This document shows positions 1 through 9,024 of a stretch of 30,584 nucleotides of DNA, piece after piece. The notes under the pieces are model-generated. The model saw only the letters and a list, made by a program, of their open reading frames with translations, made no database searches and was not told where the DNA came from. The translations under genes and the position numbers were made by a program. The DNA lies in NCBI GenBank assembly GCA_964489745.1, contig CAZBBQ010000002.1:1-30584 (forward strand), written 5' to 3'. The first letter of the stretch is position 1, and each line of letters begins with the position of its first letter. Origin of the DNA: an uncultured Desulfobacteraceae bacterium. Lineage in GTDB: Bacteria > Desulfobacterota > DSM-4660 > Desulfatiglandales > B25-G16.

Positions 1-243
1 CCCACATAAATGCACAAGGACCTTGTTTTAAGGATGGACCTGGTGCGATGAAGCTCCTGTAATATTTAATCGCTTTATTGTTTTCATGTTTAGTCATACA
101 AATTCATTTCTTTCAAATCAGGTCTGAGCCAGTGGAGTGGCATAAAGCAAAAAAGATATAAACATGCTCTGTTGCTAATTAAATTTCGCAGGAGCTACGT
201 AACGACTTAACCATTTAATCATAAAAAAGGAAACGGAACATCA

Positions 244-801
244 ATGTACTCAACAGCAGATTTTAAAAAAGGATTAAAGATAGAATTGGATGGTAAACCA
301 TTTACCGTGACAGAGTTTTTGCATGTAAAGCCAGGCAAAGGTGGTGCATTTGTGAGGACAAAACTGAAAAATATGATCACCGGACAAGTTTTGGAAAAAA
401 CATTTAGAGCTGGAGAGAAAGTTCCCCCCCCAAATATACAGGAAAAGGAAATGCAATATCTCTATCAGAACAAAGGTGAGTTTTGTTTTATGGATACCGA
501 AACCTTTGAACAGATTTTTTTATCAGCTGAACAGTTAAAAGAGAACAGACTTTTTTTAAAAGAAAACACAAATGTTAAGGTGCTTATATACAACGACAGG
601 ATAATGGATGTTGAGCTTCCCAATTTTGTTGATTTGGAGGTTGCTCAAACTGAGCCAGGAATGAAGGGAAACACAGTAACAGGAGGTGGTAAACCAGCCA
701 CCCTTGAATCAGGAGGCGTTATCCAAGTTCCATTTTTCGTCAATATCGGAGATACAGTGAAAATCGACACACGCTCAAAAGAATACATTGAAAGAGTATG
801 A
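244..801 (+). CDS. efp: Elongation factor P (Lys-type tip loop)
   Basis: MYSTADFKKGLKI start, HVKPGKGGAFVRTKLKN loop, EMQYLY, GGKPATLESG, VPFFV and IDTR motifs; A/G-rich RBS upstream. Confidence 0.98.
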   Translation: MYSTADFKKGLKIELDGKPFTVTEFLHVKPGKGGAFVRTKLKNMITGQVLEKTFRAGEKVPPPNIQEKEMQYLYQNKGEFCFMDTETFEQIFLSAEQLKENRLFLKENTNVKVLIYNDRIMDVELPNFVDLEVAQTEPGMKGNTVTGGGKPATLESGGVIQVPFFVNIGDTVKIDTRSKEYIERV

Positions 802-1871
802 CAGGGAGTGAATTGAAAACACGTTTTACCTTTAATTTTATGGCTACAGGTGTAGGGAGCGTACCTTTTTTAAATGTAGATACAACCTGCCAGCACATCC
901 TTAAATTCTTTCCGGACATACCTTTTTGGCCTCAGTTCGTTAAGCGGAGCCATTTTGAAGATATGACCATCCAGGCAAGTCAAAGGCTTCCACGAATTGA
1001 ATTGGATCTAAAGAAAAACTCCCTGTTCATCAGTGCTAAAGACACAAAGGACAATGATCTCATCTCTTTCTATGAACATTTTATGGCTGAGGATACAGAT
1101 TATTTTGCTATCAGCCATGAATATGCAGCTGGTCTGTATAAACTTCTGGAATTGATTGAAAAAAACACTGAGAGTTATGGGCCTTTTATTAAGGGTCAAA
1201 TAGTTGGTCCCATTACGTTTGCGGGAAGTCTGATAGATGCAAAAGGAAAATCTGCCCTTTATAATAATGAAATTATGGACACGATAGTAAAGGGCTTAGC
1301 AATTAAGGCACTATGGATTATTAATAAGATATCTTTAACGAAAAAGATGCCTATGCTTTTTATAGATGAGCCATACCTCTCTGGTTTTGGTTCAGCCTTT
1401 ACGCCTATCCAAAGAGAAGAGGTCATTAGACTTTTACAAGAGGTTGTTGAGTATATAAAATCACGAAGTAATGCATTAGTTGGTATCCACTGCTGTGGAA
1501 ATACCGATTGGTCAATGATAATTGAAACAGGTGTTGATATCGTAAATTTCGATGCATTTGATTATATGGATTATTTTTTGCTCTACAGGAGGGAAATCAT
1601 ACAATTTATTGAAAATGGTGGCACAGTTGCATGGGGAGTAGTTCCTACCAGTTCCTTTACTGGTGAGGAAACACTTGATGGTTTGAAAATGCAGTTAGAA
1701 AAAGGACTTAATACATTGTATGAGTGGGGCATCGATAGAAATACGGTGGCTGAAAGATCAATTATTACACCTGCATGCGGTGTAGGGACAATAGATCCGA
1801 ATAAGGCAGAGAAAATCTTGGAATTGCTATCCGGTCTATCACGTATAATGTCTAAAGCAAAAAGGGGTTGA
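798..1871 (+). CDS. Single-barrel MetE/UROD-fold protein (cobalamin-independent methionine synthase catalytic-domain-like)
   Basis: ATGVGSVP, PFWPQ, KGQIVGPIT, IDEP, HCCG and TPACG motifs (His/Cys/Cys Zn-ligand pattern); ATGA overlap with the efp stop. Confidence 0.75.
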   Translation: MTGSELKTRFTFNFMATGVGSVPFLNVDTTCQHILKFFPDIPFWPQFVKRSHFEDMTIQASQRLPRIELDLKKNSLFISAKDTKDNDLISFYEHFMAEDTDYFAISHEYAAGLYKLLELIEKNTESYGPFIKGQIVGPITFAGSLIDAKGKSALYNNEIMDTIVKGLAIKALWIINKISLTKKMPMLFIDEPYLSGFGSAFTPIQREEVIRLLQEVVEYIKSRSNALVGIHCCGNTDWSMIIETGVDIVNFDAFDYMDYFLLYRREIIQFIENGGTVAWGVVPTSSFTGEETLDGLKMQLEKGLNTLYEWGIDRNTVAERSIITPACGVGTIDPNKAEKILELLSGLSRIMSKAKRG

Positions 1872-1903
1872 AATAAACCCAACGAATATATGTGACTATT
1901 TTT

Positions 1904-2740
1904 TTAAAGCACAAGCACAGAATTTTCTTTCGCTGTCTCTATCTCCAAATCTACATTTTTTTCCTTAATTAAGTCCTGACAGAGAATCGTTAATTTAATC
2001 ATATCGCTATCTTTTCTTTCTGGCGCATGGTGAAAAAGGACAAGTTTTTTCACATGAGCCTTCAGAGCAAGCTCAATAGCCGATTGATAATCTGAATGAC
2101 CCCACCCCCTATGTTTCGTTATTTCCTCTGGTGTGTAATGGCTATCATGTATAAGGATATCTGCTTCTTTACAAAAGGTGATATAATTATTGAATGATTT
2201 TTTAGCAACATCAAGCTCATTATCAGTCAAAAACACAAGGGTTTTTCCCCCTTCGCGAAACCGAAACCCTAATCCTCCTTGAGGGTGACGTAAGGGAACA
2301 GTATCTATAATAGTGTCGTCAATCTCAAGGGAGCCATTCTTCAATTTGTCAATAAATTGTATGTCTGCGCTAAGCTCCTCAAACCTGACTGGCCAAAAGC
2401 CGTCTCCCATTTTATTGTCAAAACTGTATCGAAGACCTTTCATACATAAATTGTATCCATCAACTTGGATTTTGGTTGAGGATTGATATATTGGAGAAAA
2501 AAAAGGGAAACCAAAAATATGATCCCAGTGGATATGGGTAATAAGAAGATATATATCTATATTTTCTTTGAAAGATTCCAATTCATTGCCAAGAGATCGA
2601 ATTCCTGTGCCAGCATCTATTATTATCTTTTTTCCACTCATAAGATCTATCTCCAGGCAGGTTGTATTTCCTCCGTAGATAATGGTATCTTTTCCAGGTA
2701 CTGGTGTAGATCCTCTAGTTCCCCAAAATTTTATTTTCAT
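1904..2740 (-). CDS. MBL-fold metallo-hydrolase (RNase Z/phosphodiesterase-like)
   Basis: FWGTRGS, YGGNTTC, DAGTG, THIHWDH (HxHxDH), HPQG, TDNE, HDS, WGHS and FHH motifs. Confidence 0.9.
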   Translation of the reverse strand: MKIKFWGTRGSTPVPGKDTIIYGGNTTCLEIDLMSGKKIIIDAGTGIRSLGNELESFKENIDIYLLITHIHWDHIFGFPFFSPIYQSSTKIQVDGYNLCMKGLRYSFDNKMGDGFWPVRFEELSADIQFIDKLKNGSLEIDDTIIDTVPLRHPQGGLGFRFREGGKTLVFLTDNELDVAKKSFNNYITFCKEADILIHDSHYTPEEITKHRGWGHSDYQSAIELALKAHVKKLVLFHHAPERKDSDMIKLTILCQDLIKEKNVDLEIETAKENSVLVL

Positions 2741-2878
2741 TTTTTTCCCTTGGAGAGCGAAACATAAGGTTTTTTTGAATTTTTCTTTGAGATTGAAAGC
2801 TTTTTATTGTAAAGCCTTTGAAACGAGCAACTTTTTGCTAATTTCACGTGACATTACAAAATCACTCTATTTCTGTCA

Positions 2879-3883
2879 ATGCAAAAAAAGGATCAAAAAA
2901 TACGGCTCATTAAAATTGCCATAGACGCACTTTCTGACAACAGATCTGATTGCCATTTATGCCCGAGAATGTGCCATGTCAATAGAGATAAAGGCGAAAT
3001 CGGTTTCTGCGGAGTTGGTAATCATGCGCTTGTGGCTCACTATTGCCTTCATTTCGGAGAAGAGCCATGCCTGAGTGGCTATTATGATTACAAAAAGAAT
3101 CTACAAACAAAATCCTCACTTTCTGGATCAGGTACGGTATTTTTTTCCGGTTGTAATCTGAAATGCATTTACTGCCAGAATTATCAAATTAGCTGGCAGA
3201 TCTACGGAACTCACGTTTCACCTGATAAGTTAGCCTCTATTTTTATGGTTTTGCAAGAAAAAAGAGCTTTAAATATAAATTTAGTTACCCCCACACATCT
3301 TATTTTACCTATCCTTGAGTCATTAAAAAAGGCTTTTGCTCTCGGACTAAATATCCCTATTATTTACAATACAAGCGCGTATGATTCATATGAAACGATT
3401 GTCCATCTTGATGGGATTATTGATATTTATATGCCTGATTTTAAATATTTCAGGAACGATTCAGCGCGTAGATTTTCTCATGCCTGGGATTATCCTGATA
3501 AGGCTACCACGGCAATAAAAGAAATGTATAGACAGGTAGGAAACCTTGAAATGGATAATGAAGGAAATGCAAAGAGAGGACTGATTATACGGCACTTGAT
3601 TTTACCAGGGCATATGGAAGAGTCATGCACAATATTGGAATGGATTGCAGCTAATATTTCTACCAACATTTATTTAAGTCTGATGAGCCAGTATTACCCA
3701 TGCAATAATGTTCCGGATGAAATAAATAGGAAAATTTCAAACAATGAATATGATGGGGTTCTGGCCAAGGCAGAGGAATTGGGCTTTGAAAATGTCTACA
3801 TACAAACACACGAAATTACTTCTAAAAAACATTTCGTTCCTGATTTTAGCAAAGACAATCCATTTTCTTGGGAGGAAAATTAA
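2879..3883 (+). CDS. Radical SAM protein, PflX-like (COG1313-type)
   Basis: N-terminal CHLCPRMC..GFC, HFGEEP, FSGCNLKCIYCQN (CxxxCxxC), NINLVTPTH, YMPDFKY, RHLILP and MSQYYP motifs. Confidence 0.9.
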   Translation: MQKKDQKIRLIKIAIDALSDNRSDCHLCPRMCHVNRDKGEIGFCGVGNHALVAHYCLHFGEEPCLSGYYDYKKNLQTKSSLSGSGTVFFSGCNLKCIYCQNYQISWQIYGTHVSPDKLASIFMVLQEKRALNINLVTPTHLILPILESLKKAFALGLNIPIIYNTSAYDSYETIVHLDGIIDIYMPDFKYFRNDSARRFSHAWDYPDKATTAIKEMYRQVGNLEMDNEGNAKRGLIIRHLILPGHMEESCTILEWIAANISTNIYLSLMSQYYPCNNVPDEINRKISNNEYDGVLAKAEELGFENVYIQTHEITSKKHFVPDFSKDNPFSWEEN

Positions 3884-4045
3884 TAGGAAGACATGACAAA
3901 TTTTAAATTACTAAATGAGCATAGAAAAGTTGTGATACAAGTACCTTTTGTAGTATAACCGAGAACGATTCTAAACAGTATTATCGACAGATCAAAAAAA
4001 CTGGAGCCTGGAATAGGGCTTTTCAATTTTACGAAAGGAGATAAA

Positions 4046-5011
4046 ATGGCAATTGACGTAGCAAATGAATTGGAAGAGGTTGACAGCATTGAGGTAACTA
4101 CCCTTATAGATAACTATGTTGACGTTCTTCTGAGAAATTCCCCTGGGGTTACGCGACCTCCACTTGCAATAACAGGAACAATTCCCACTGACGCTCTCTT
4201 GGCCGAACATGGTCTCTCTCTCATGATTACAGTAAAAAAAGATGAGAAATCTCACTGTATTCTCTTTGATTGTGGATATACCAAGATTGGTGTACCCCAT
4301 AATATGGAGATTTTGGGCGTGGATCCACAGCAAATAGAGGCCATTGTCCTCAGCCACGGTCATATGGATCATACTGGTGCACTTTACCCTATTGCGAAGA
4401 GCCTGAAAAAATCTATTCCCTTGATACTCCACCCTGATGCCTTTCTTTCGCCCCGTTTCTTTGGACTCGACGATGGAAGAAGGCTCTTGTTCCCCCAAAC
4501 CCTCATAAGAAATGACATAGAGAAAAATACTTCTCTTACAATAGTTGAAAAGGAATCTCCATCGTTATGGATGGATAATATGATAGCAATAACAGGAGAA
4601 GTTGAACGGATAACAGAGTTTGAAAAAGGACTGCCGAATGCCTCTATGGAAAGGAATGGAAAGGTGGAACCAGATATAATACGTGATGATCAATCTATTG
4701 TAATAAAGGTAAAAAATAAAGGGTTAGTGATAATTTCTGGATGTGGTCATGCCGGTATTATCAATACTGTTTTTTATGCCAGAAAGATAACAGGTATTGA
4801 TAAAATTCATGCTGTTTTGGGTGGTTTTCATCTGTCAGGGCCCATTTTTGAGCCTATAATAGAAAAGACAATTATTGAGTTTAAGAAAATTAAACCTGAA
4901 GTTATTATCCCGATGCATTGTACAGGATGGAAGGCCATTAAGAGATTCTCAGATGAATTCCCTTCAACCTTCGCACTTAACAGTGTAGGAACAAGAATTA
5001 CCTTTGTGTAG
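4046..5011 (+). CDS. MBL-fold metallo-hydrolase, COG1237-like (tetrahydromethanopterin-pathway synthase-like family)
   Basis: AEHGLS, FDCG, SHGHMDHTG, DDQS, GCGHAG, GGFHL and PMHCTG motifs; AAGGAG RBS. Confidence 0.85.
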   Translation: MAIDVANELEEVDSIEVTTLIDNYVDVLLRNSPGVTRPPLAITGTIPTDALLAEHGLSLMITVKKDEKSHCILFDCGYTKIGVPHNMEILGVDPQQIEAIVLSHGHMDHTGALYPIAKSLKKSIPLILHPDAFLSPRFFGLDDGRRLLFPQTLIRNDIEKNTSLTIVEKESPSLWMDNMIAITGEVERITEFEKGLPNASMERNGKVEPDIIRDDQSIVIKVKNKGLVIISGCGHAGIINTVFYARKITGIDKIHAVLGGFHLSGPIFEPIIEKTIIEFKKIKPEVIIPMHCTGWKAIKRFSDEFPSTFALNSVGTRITFV

Positions 5012-5023
5012 GAATGTTTCGCA

Positions 5024-5470
5024 ATGAGAATTTTAATCTATTTAATTCCAATTCTATATGTAATTTGTCCTTATGACCTGTTGCCTGATTTTTTCGTGGG
5101 TCTTGGGTGGATTGATGATTTGATAGTATTGGGAGCTCTTTACTGGTATCATTTTATTCATCGACCAGCAAAGGCTAAGGCAAGATATGAGAATGCTTAT
5201 CGCCAAGCAGGGCAGGGGAATCAAAGCAAGGCCTACAATGAAAACCAAAACAATGATCAAAAAGATAAAAGGTTTTCGCAACGCGACCCATATAATATCT
5301 TAGGAGTGAATAGGCATGCCTCAGCAAGTGAAATAAAAAATGCCTATAGAAAATTAGCTAACAAATACCATCCTGACAAGGTAAATCATTTAGGTGATGA
5401 ATTTAAGTCATTAGCAGAGAAGAGGTTTAAAGAGATTCAAGAGGCATATCAGAAGTTAACGGCAAAATAA
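5024..5470 (+). CDS. DUF1232(YkvA)-like membrane segment fused to a C-terminal J-domain
   Basis: [21 protein letters not shown] in a hydrophobic N-terminus; [32 protein letters not shown] with an intact HPD. Confidence 0.85.
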   Translation: MRILIYLIPILYVICPYDLLPDFFVGLGWIDDLIVLGALYWYHFIHRPAKAKARYENAYRQAGQGNQSKAYNENQNNDQKDKRFSQRDPYNILGVNRHASASEIKNAYRKLANKYHPDKVNHLGDEFKSLAEKRFKEIQEAYQKLTAK

Positions 5471-5490
5471 CAGAACAAGTCAAGGCAAAG

Positions 5491-6207
5491 CTAAATTCCG
5501 AGATAGGCCTCCCGTATTTCTGAAGACCCCTTTATTTTTTCAGACGTTCCTTCGGATTTAATTTGACCCTCATGCATTATGTAGACATAATTCGATGCAT
5601 CAAGGGTAGCCTCTGCATTTTGTTCTACAAGAAGTATCGTCAATCCAACATCTGCTTGTAATTTTTCAACAGTTTCAAAAATTTCTCCGACAAGTTTAGG
5701 CGCCAATCCCTGGCTCGGCTCATCTAACATGATCAATTTCGGTTTTGTCATAAGCGCCCTGGCAATAGTTACCATCTGTTGCTGCCCTCCACTCAGTGTG
5801 ACAGCTTTTTGTCTATCTCTTTCTTTTAGGATAGGGAATAAAGAGTAAACAAGCTCAAGGGAGGCATTTATGTTTTTAATGGCCTCTTTGCGATAGGCAC
5901 CCATTAATAAATTTTCATGTACGGTCATACCCCCAAATAGATGTTTTCCCTCAGGAACCAGGGCAATACCAAGATCCACCTTTTTATGGGTTGGGAGGTG
6001 AGTTATTTCCTCATCTTCGTAGAATATTTTACCTCCCCATGGCTCAACCGAACCCAACACAGTCATGAGGAAGGTTGATTTACCCACACCATTAGGCCCG
6101 AGCAGGGCTGTTATAGAACCTTTCTTAACCGCTAAACTTGGTTTCCACAATACCTGCATGGGTCCATAGCCAGATTCAAGATTCTCGACCCTTAACATAC
6201 TATTCAT
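5491..6207 (-). CDS. livF: LIV-type ABC transporter ATP-binding protein (LivF-like)
   Basis: GPNGVGKS Walker A, LSGGQQQM signature, LDEPSQGLAP, LLVEQN. Confidence 0.93.
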   Translation of the reverse strand: MNSMLRVENLESGYGPMQVLWKPSLAVKKGSITALLGPNGVGKSTFLMTVLGSVEPWGGKIFYEDEEITHLPTHKKVDLGIALVPEGKHLFGGMTVHENLLMGAYRKEAIKNINASLELVYSLFPILKERDRQKAVTLSGGQQQMVTIARALMTKPKLIMLDEPSQGLAPKLVGEIFETVEKLQADVGLTILLVEQNAEATLDASNYVYIMHEGQIKSEGTSEKIKGSSEIREAYLGI

Positions 6208-6988
6208 CCTTATTTTTCACTTCTTTCCAAACCTCAGATCGCCATTTGGATTCGTCCTTAGAATGCCCTAAATATACCTCGATTACCCTTGGATCAGTCA
6301 AGGCCTCCTCTGTTTTGGCATCCACTAATTTTGCACCTTGATTTATTACGATTACTCTCTCGGCCAAGCCGGCTACCGCTCTCATGATGTGCTCGACCAT
6401 GGAGACTATGGCTATCTTCTCTTCGTCTTTTATCTTTTTGATAAATGTGACCATATTATCGATATCCTTGGGATTCATCCCTGCCATAGCCTCATCCATC
6501 AAAAGGAGTTTTGGTCTCATTGCGAGAGCCCTGGCAATTTCCATCAATTTTTTCTCTACAGGGGTAAGGGTCCCGGCAGCTTTATCCCTATAAGCCTCCA
6601 ATCCAACCATATCAATATACCGGTCTGCAATCTCCAGGGAGTCATCCACGGTAACTTTTTCTGCCAATGTACCAAACATGGCACCAATCGCTACATTTTC
6701 CCTGACGCTTGCCGAGCTAAAAGGCCTGGGAATCTGAAAGGTTCTCCCTAACCCAAGTGGTGCTCTTTTGAATGCAGGTAATCTGGTAATATCTTTTCCA
6801 TCAAAGATGACTTTCCCTTCTTCTGGGCGATAAACTCCGCTAATAACATTAAAAAGGGTGGTTTTCCCGCTCCCGTTTGGCCCGACTATTCCAATTAATT
6901 CGCCTTCTTTGATTTCCAGGCTTATCTTATCGACTGCCACCAAACCTCCGAAGCGTTTTGTTACGTTCTCAAGCTTCAATAATGCCAT
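6200..6988 (-). CDS. livG: LIV-type ABC transporter ATP-binding protein (LivG-like)
   Basis: FGGLVAV, GPNGSGKTT, RTFQ, LLMDE, VEHIM, VIEVYLG. Confidence 0.93.
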   Translation of the reverse strand: MALLKLENVTKRFGGLVAVDKISLEIKEGELIGIVGPNGSGKTTLFNVISGVYRPEEGKVIFDGKDITRLPAFKRAPLGLGRTFQIPRPFSSASVRENVAIGAMFGTLAEKVTVDDSLEIADRYIDMVGLEAYRDKAAGTLTPVEKKLMEIARALAMRPKLLLMDEAMAGMNPKDIDNMVTFIKKIKDEEKIAIVSMVEHIMRAVAGLAERVIVINQGAKLVDAKTEEALTDPRVIEVYLGHSKDESKWRSEVWKEVKNKDE

Positions 6989-6997
6989 GAGTATTAC

Positions 6998-7999
6998 CTA
7001 TTCGATAAACATTTCTAATTTTGTGCCCTTTAATTTACTCTTCAGCAGTCCTACAACACCCTCTGGTGCTATCACAATTATGATAATAATGATTGGCGCG
7101 AATATGAGGAGTTGAAATCCTGGCATGATGACCGCGAGCCAATATTTCGACAGCCCGTAGATAAGCCCGCCAACAACAGGACCCAGAAGTGTGCCTGCAC
7201 CACCAAGTAGAACCACCACTATGCACTCCACTGTGTAATGTATTACAAAGACATCGTCCGGGTATACATGGCCAAGCTTTAATCCCCAGGCCATAGCCCC
7301 AACACCTGCTCCAAGCCAGCCACTAGTCAAAAAAGCAATTGTTTTGTACTTGTTCGCATTTATCCCCATGACCTTAGCTGCATCCTCATCTTCCCTTACT
7401 GCAGTCAGGGCATAACCAATCTTGCTTCTCATAAAATACATATTCAAAAAGGCAGCCAATGCAGCTATAATAAAGACTGAAAAATCGGCCCAGAACGAGG
7501 TGAGCTGGTTGACTGTAGTCCTTCCCAGGGCCTGCACGAGTGCCCCGTAATATATGAGACCTTCAGAGCCACCCCAAATTTTTGCTCCTTCTATGAAGTG
7601 CCTGAGCCCCTCATTTATACCAATACAGGCTATAGCAAAATAGGCCCCCCTGAGCCTTAAGGCAATGAACGCTTCAAGAAGTGCCGATAACGACGCAAGG
7701 AACATGGCAAACAATATTCCTATACCTATAATACCTATTCCAAGCCATTCATACTGAGAAAAATATGTTATCCCTAATGACATTCCATAGGTACCTAAGG
7801 CGATAAAGGTTACGTAGCCAAAATCCACATATCCCGTCATCCCCATAAATATGTTCCAGGACTGTCCCAGGGCACAATAAAAGGCAAGCAATGCTACCAT
7901 CTGCCACATACCCGGCATAGAGAAACCGATTATAAACATGATGAGGTATGCAGCAAACACAGGAATGAGTGGATAATATTTCGGTAAGGTCTTTTTCAT
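6998..7999 (-). CDS. livM: LIV-type ABC transporter permease (LivM-like)
   Basis: SWNIFMGMTGYVDFG, LRGAYFAI, AVREDEDAAKVMGIN, LGGAGTLLGP; multiple TM segments. Confidence 0.92.
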   Translation of the reverse strand: MKKTLPKYYPLIPVFAAYLIMFIIGFSMPGMWQMVALLAFYCALGQSWNIFMGMTGYVDFGYVTFIALGTYGMSLGITYFSQYEWLGIGIIGIGILFAMFLASLSALLEAFIALRLRGAYFAIACIGINEGLRHFIEGAKIWGGSEGLIYYGALVQALGRTTVNQLTSFWADFSVFIIAALAAFLNMYFMRSKIGYALTAVREDEDAAKVMGINANKYKTIAFLTSGWLGAGVGAMAWGLKLGHVYPDDVFVIHYTVECIVVVLLGGAGTLLGPVVGGLIYGLSKYWLAVIMPGFQLLIFAPIIIIIIVIAPEGVVGLLKSKLKGTKLEMFIE

Positions 8000-8884
8000 T
8001 TACTTCCCAAGAAGTCCAGTAGGTTTTATTAAAAGGAGAAAAAACAGCATCCAAAAGGCCAGAGATACCGTCAAGGAGAACGGTGCCACTCCTGGTATCA
8101 GGGCAAACAGGGTATAGGCACCGTTCTCTATAAGGCCAAATATCAACCCTGCGAAAAAAGCGCCATACGGAGAGGTAAGCCCACCCAGAACAGCTATAAC
8201 AAAGGCCTTCAGGGTATAGACCCCACCCATGTAAGGGTTGATACCCACCGGGATAAACATTGTAAGCAAAACCCCGCTCATTACTGTTAAGCCAATCCCA
8301 ATGGCAAAGCTCAGGGCATATATCCAATCTACATTAACCCCACACACCCTTGCCCCTTCCCTATCCTCCATAACGGATCTTATTGCAGTTCCTAACCTTG
8401 TTTTACTAAACCAGAGGTATAGAAATAAGGCGATAGCTGTGCTGCCGATGAATGCATAGACTTTACTCATGGGTATAGTGGTTATAGGAAGTGTTATCTT
8501 TCCAAGACCCCAATTATAGCCTCTGAAATCAGCGCCAAAAATAAGCTTGGCAATCTCCTCCAGAAGAATGCCCATAGCAAAGGTGGCAAGAAGTGAGGTA
8601 AGCTCCGGGGCCTTTATTAATCTCCGTATCACGGTATAAAAGAAGAAAAATCCTAATGCCATTCCAATAATCAGGGCTGCTGGAAGAGCTATCACTGGAG
8701 ACAGGCCCAAGGCCGTAAACATAGTCAGCGTTACAAATGCTCCAACCATAATGAATTGACCATGCCCGACATTAACCACGTTGATAACACCGAATATGAG
8801 GCTCAATCCCATTGTAGCCAGGCCATAAACACCCCCAAGGAGCAGCCCATGAGTCAAATTTCCCGCCAGCAGTGTAAAAAACAT
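8000..8884 (-). CDS. livH: LIV-type ABC transporter permease (LivH-like)
   Basis: GLSLIFGVINVVNVGHG, TRLGTAIRS, KAFVIAVLGGL, KPTGLLG. Confidence 0.92.
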   Translation of the reverse strand: MFFTLLAGNLTHGLLLGGVYGLATMGLSLIFGVINVVNVGHGQFIMVGAFVTLTMFTALGLSPVIALPAALIIGMALGFFFFYTVIRRLIKAPELTSLLATFAMGILLEEIAKLIFGADFRGYNWGLGKITLPITTIPMSKVYAFIGSTAIALFLYLWFSKTRLGTAIRSVMEDREGARVCGVNVDWIYALSFAIGIGLTVMSGVLLTMFIPVGINPYMGGVYTLKAFVIAVLGGLTSPYGAFFAGLIFGLIENGAYTLFALIPGVAPFSLTVSLAFWMLFFLLLIKPTGLLGK

Positions 8885-8964
8885 ACCGTCCTCTTTTATG
8901 CCCTGTTAGAAAAAATCCTGCTCAAGCATTCTAACAGGTTTTGTTCTGTATAAACTTAATATAG

Positions 8965-9013
8965 AAAATCTCCTCACCTCATAGAAAACTCTTCACTAAA
9001 GGGAGGAGATTTT
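8965..9013 (-). terminator. Intercistronic stem-loop or partial terminator after the SBP gene
   Basis: AAAATCTCCTC (8965-8975) pairs with GAGGAGATTTT (9003-9013); on the minus strand the stem is followed by TTTTCT; lies 11 nt after the SBP stop. Confidence 0.65.
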
Positions 9014-9024
9014 TTATGATTCTA

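Noticed and set aside
1-97. Possible gene fragment at the left edge (minus-strand MTKHENNKAIKYY.. from 97, or a plus-strand frame ending ..GPGAMKLL* at 62)
   Set aside because: Too short, no RBS or recognizable motif, and both strands are equally plausible. An epmB-like divergent gene cannot be supported.
3893-4045. 21-codon upstream ORF in frame with the MBL gene and separated from it by one TAA (read-through or lost extension?)
   Set aside because: The MBL gene has its own strong AAGGAG RBS and a normal N-terminus; the in-frame arrangement is plausible by chance.
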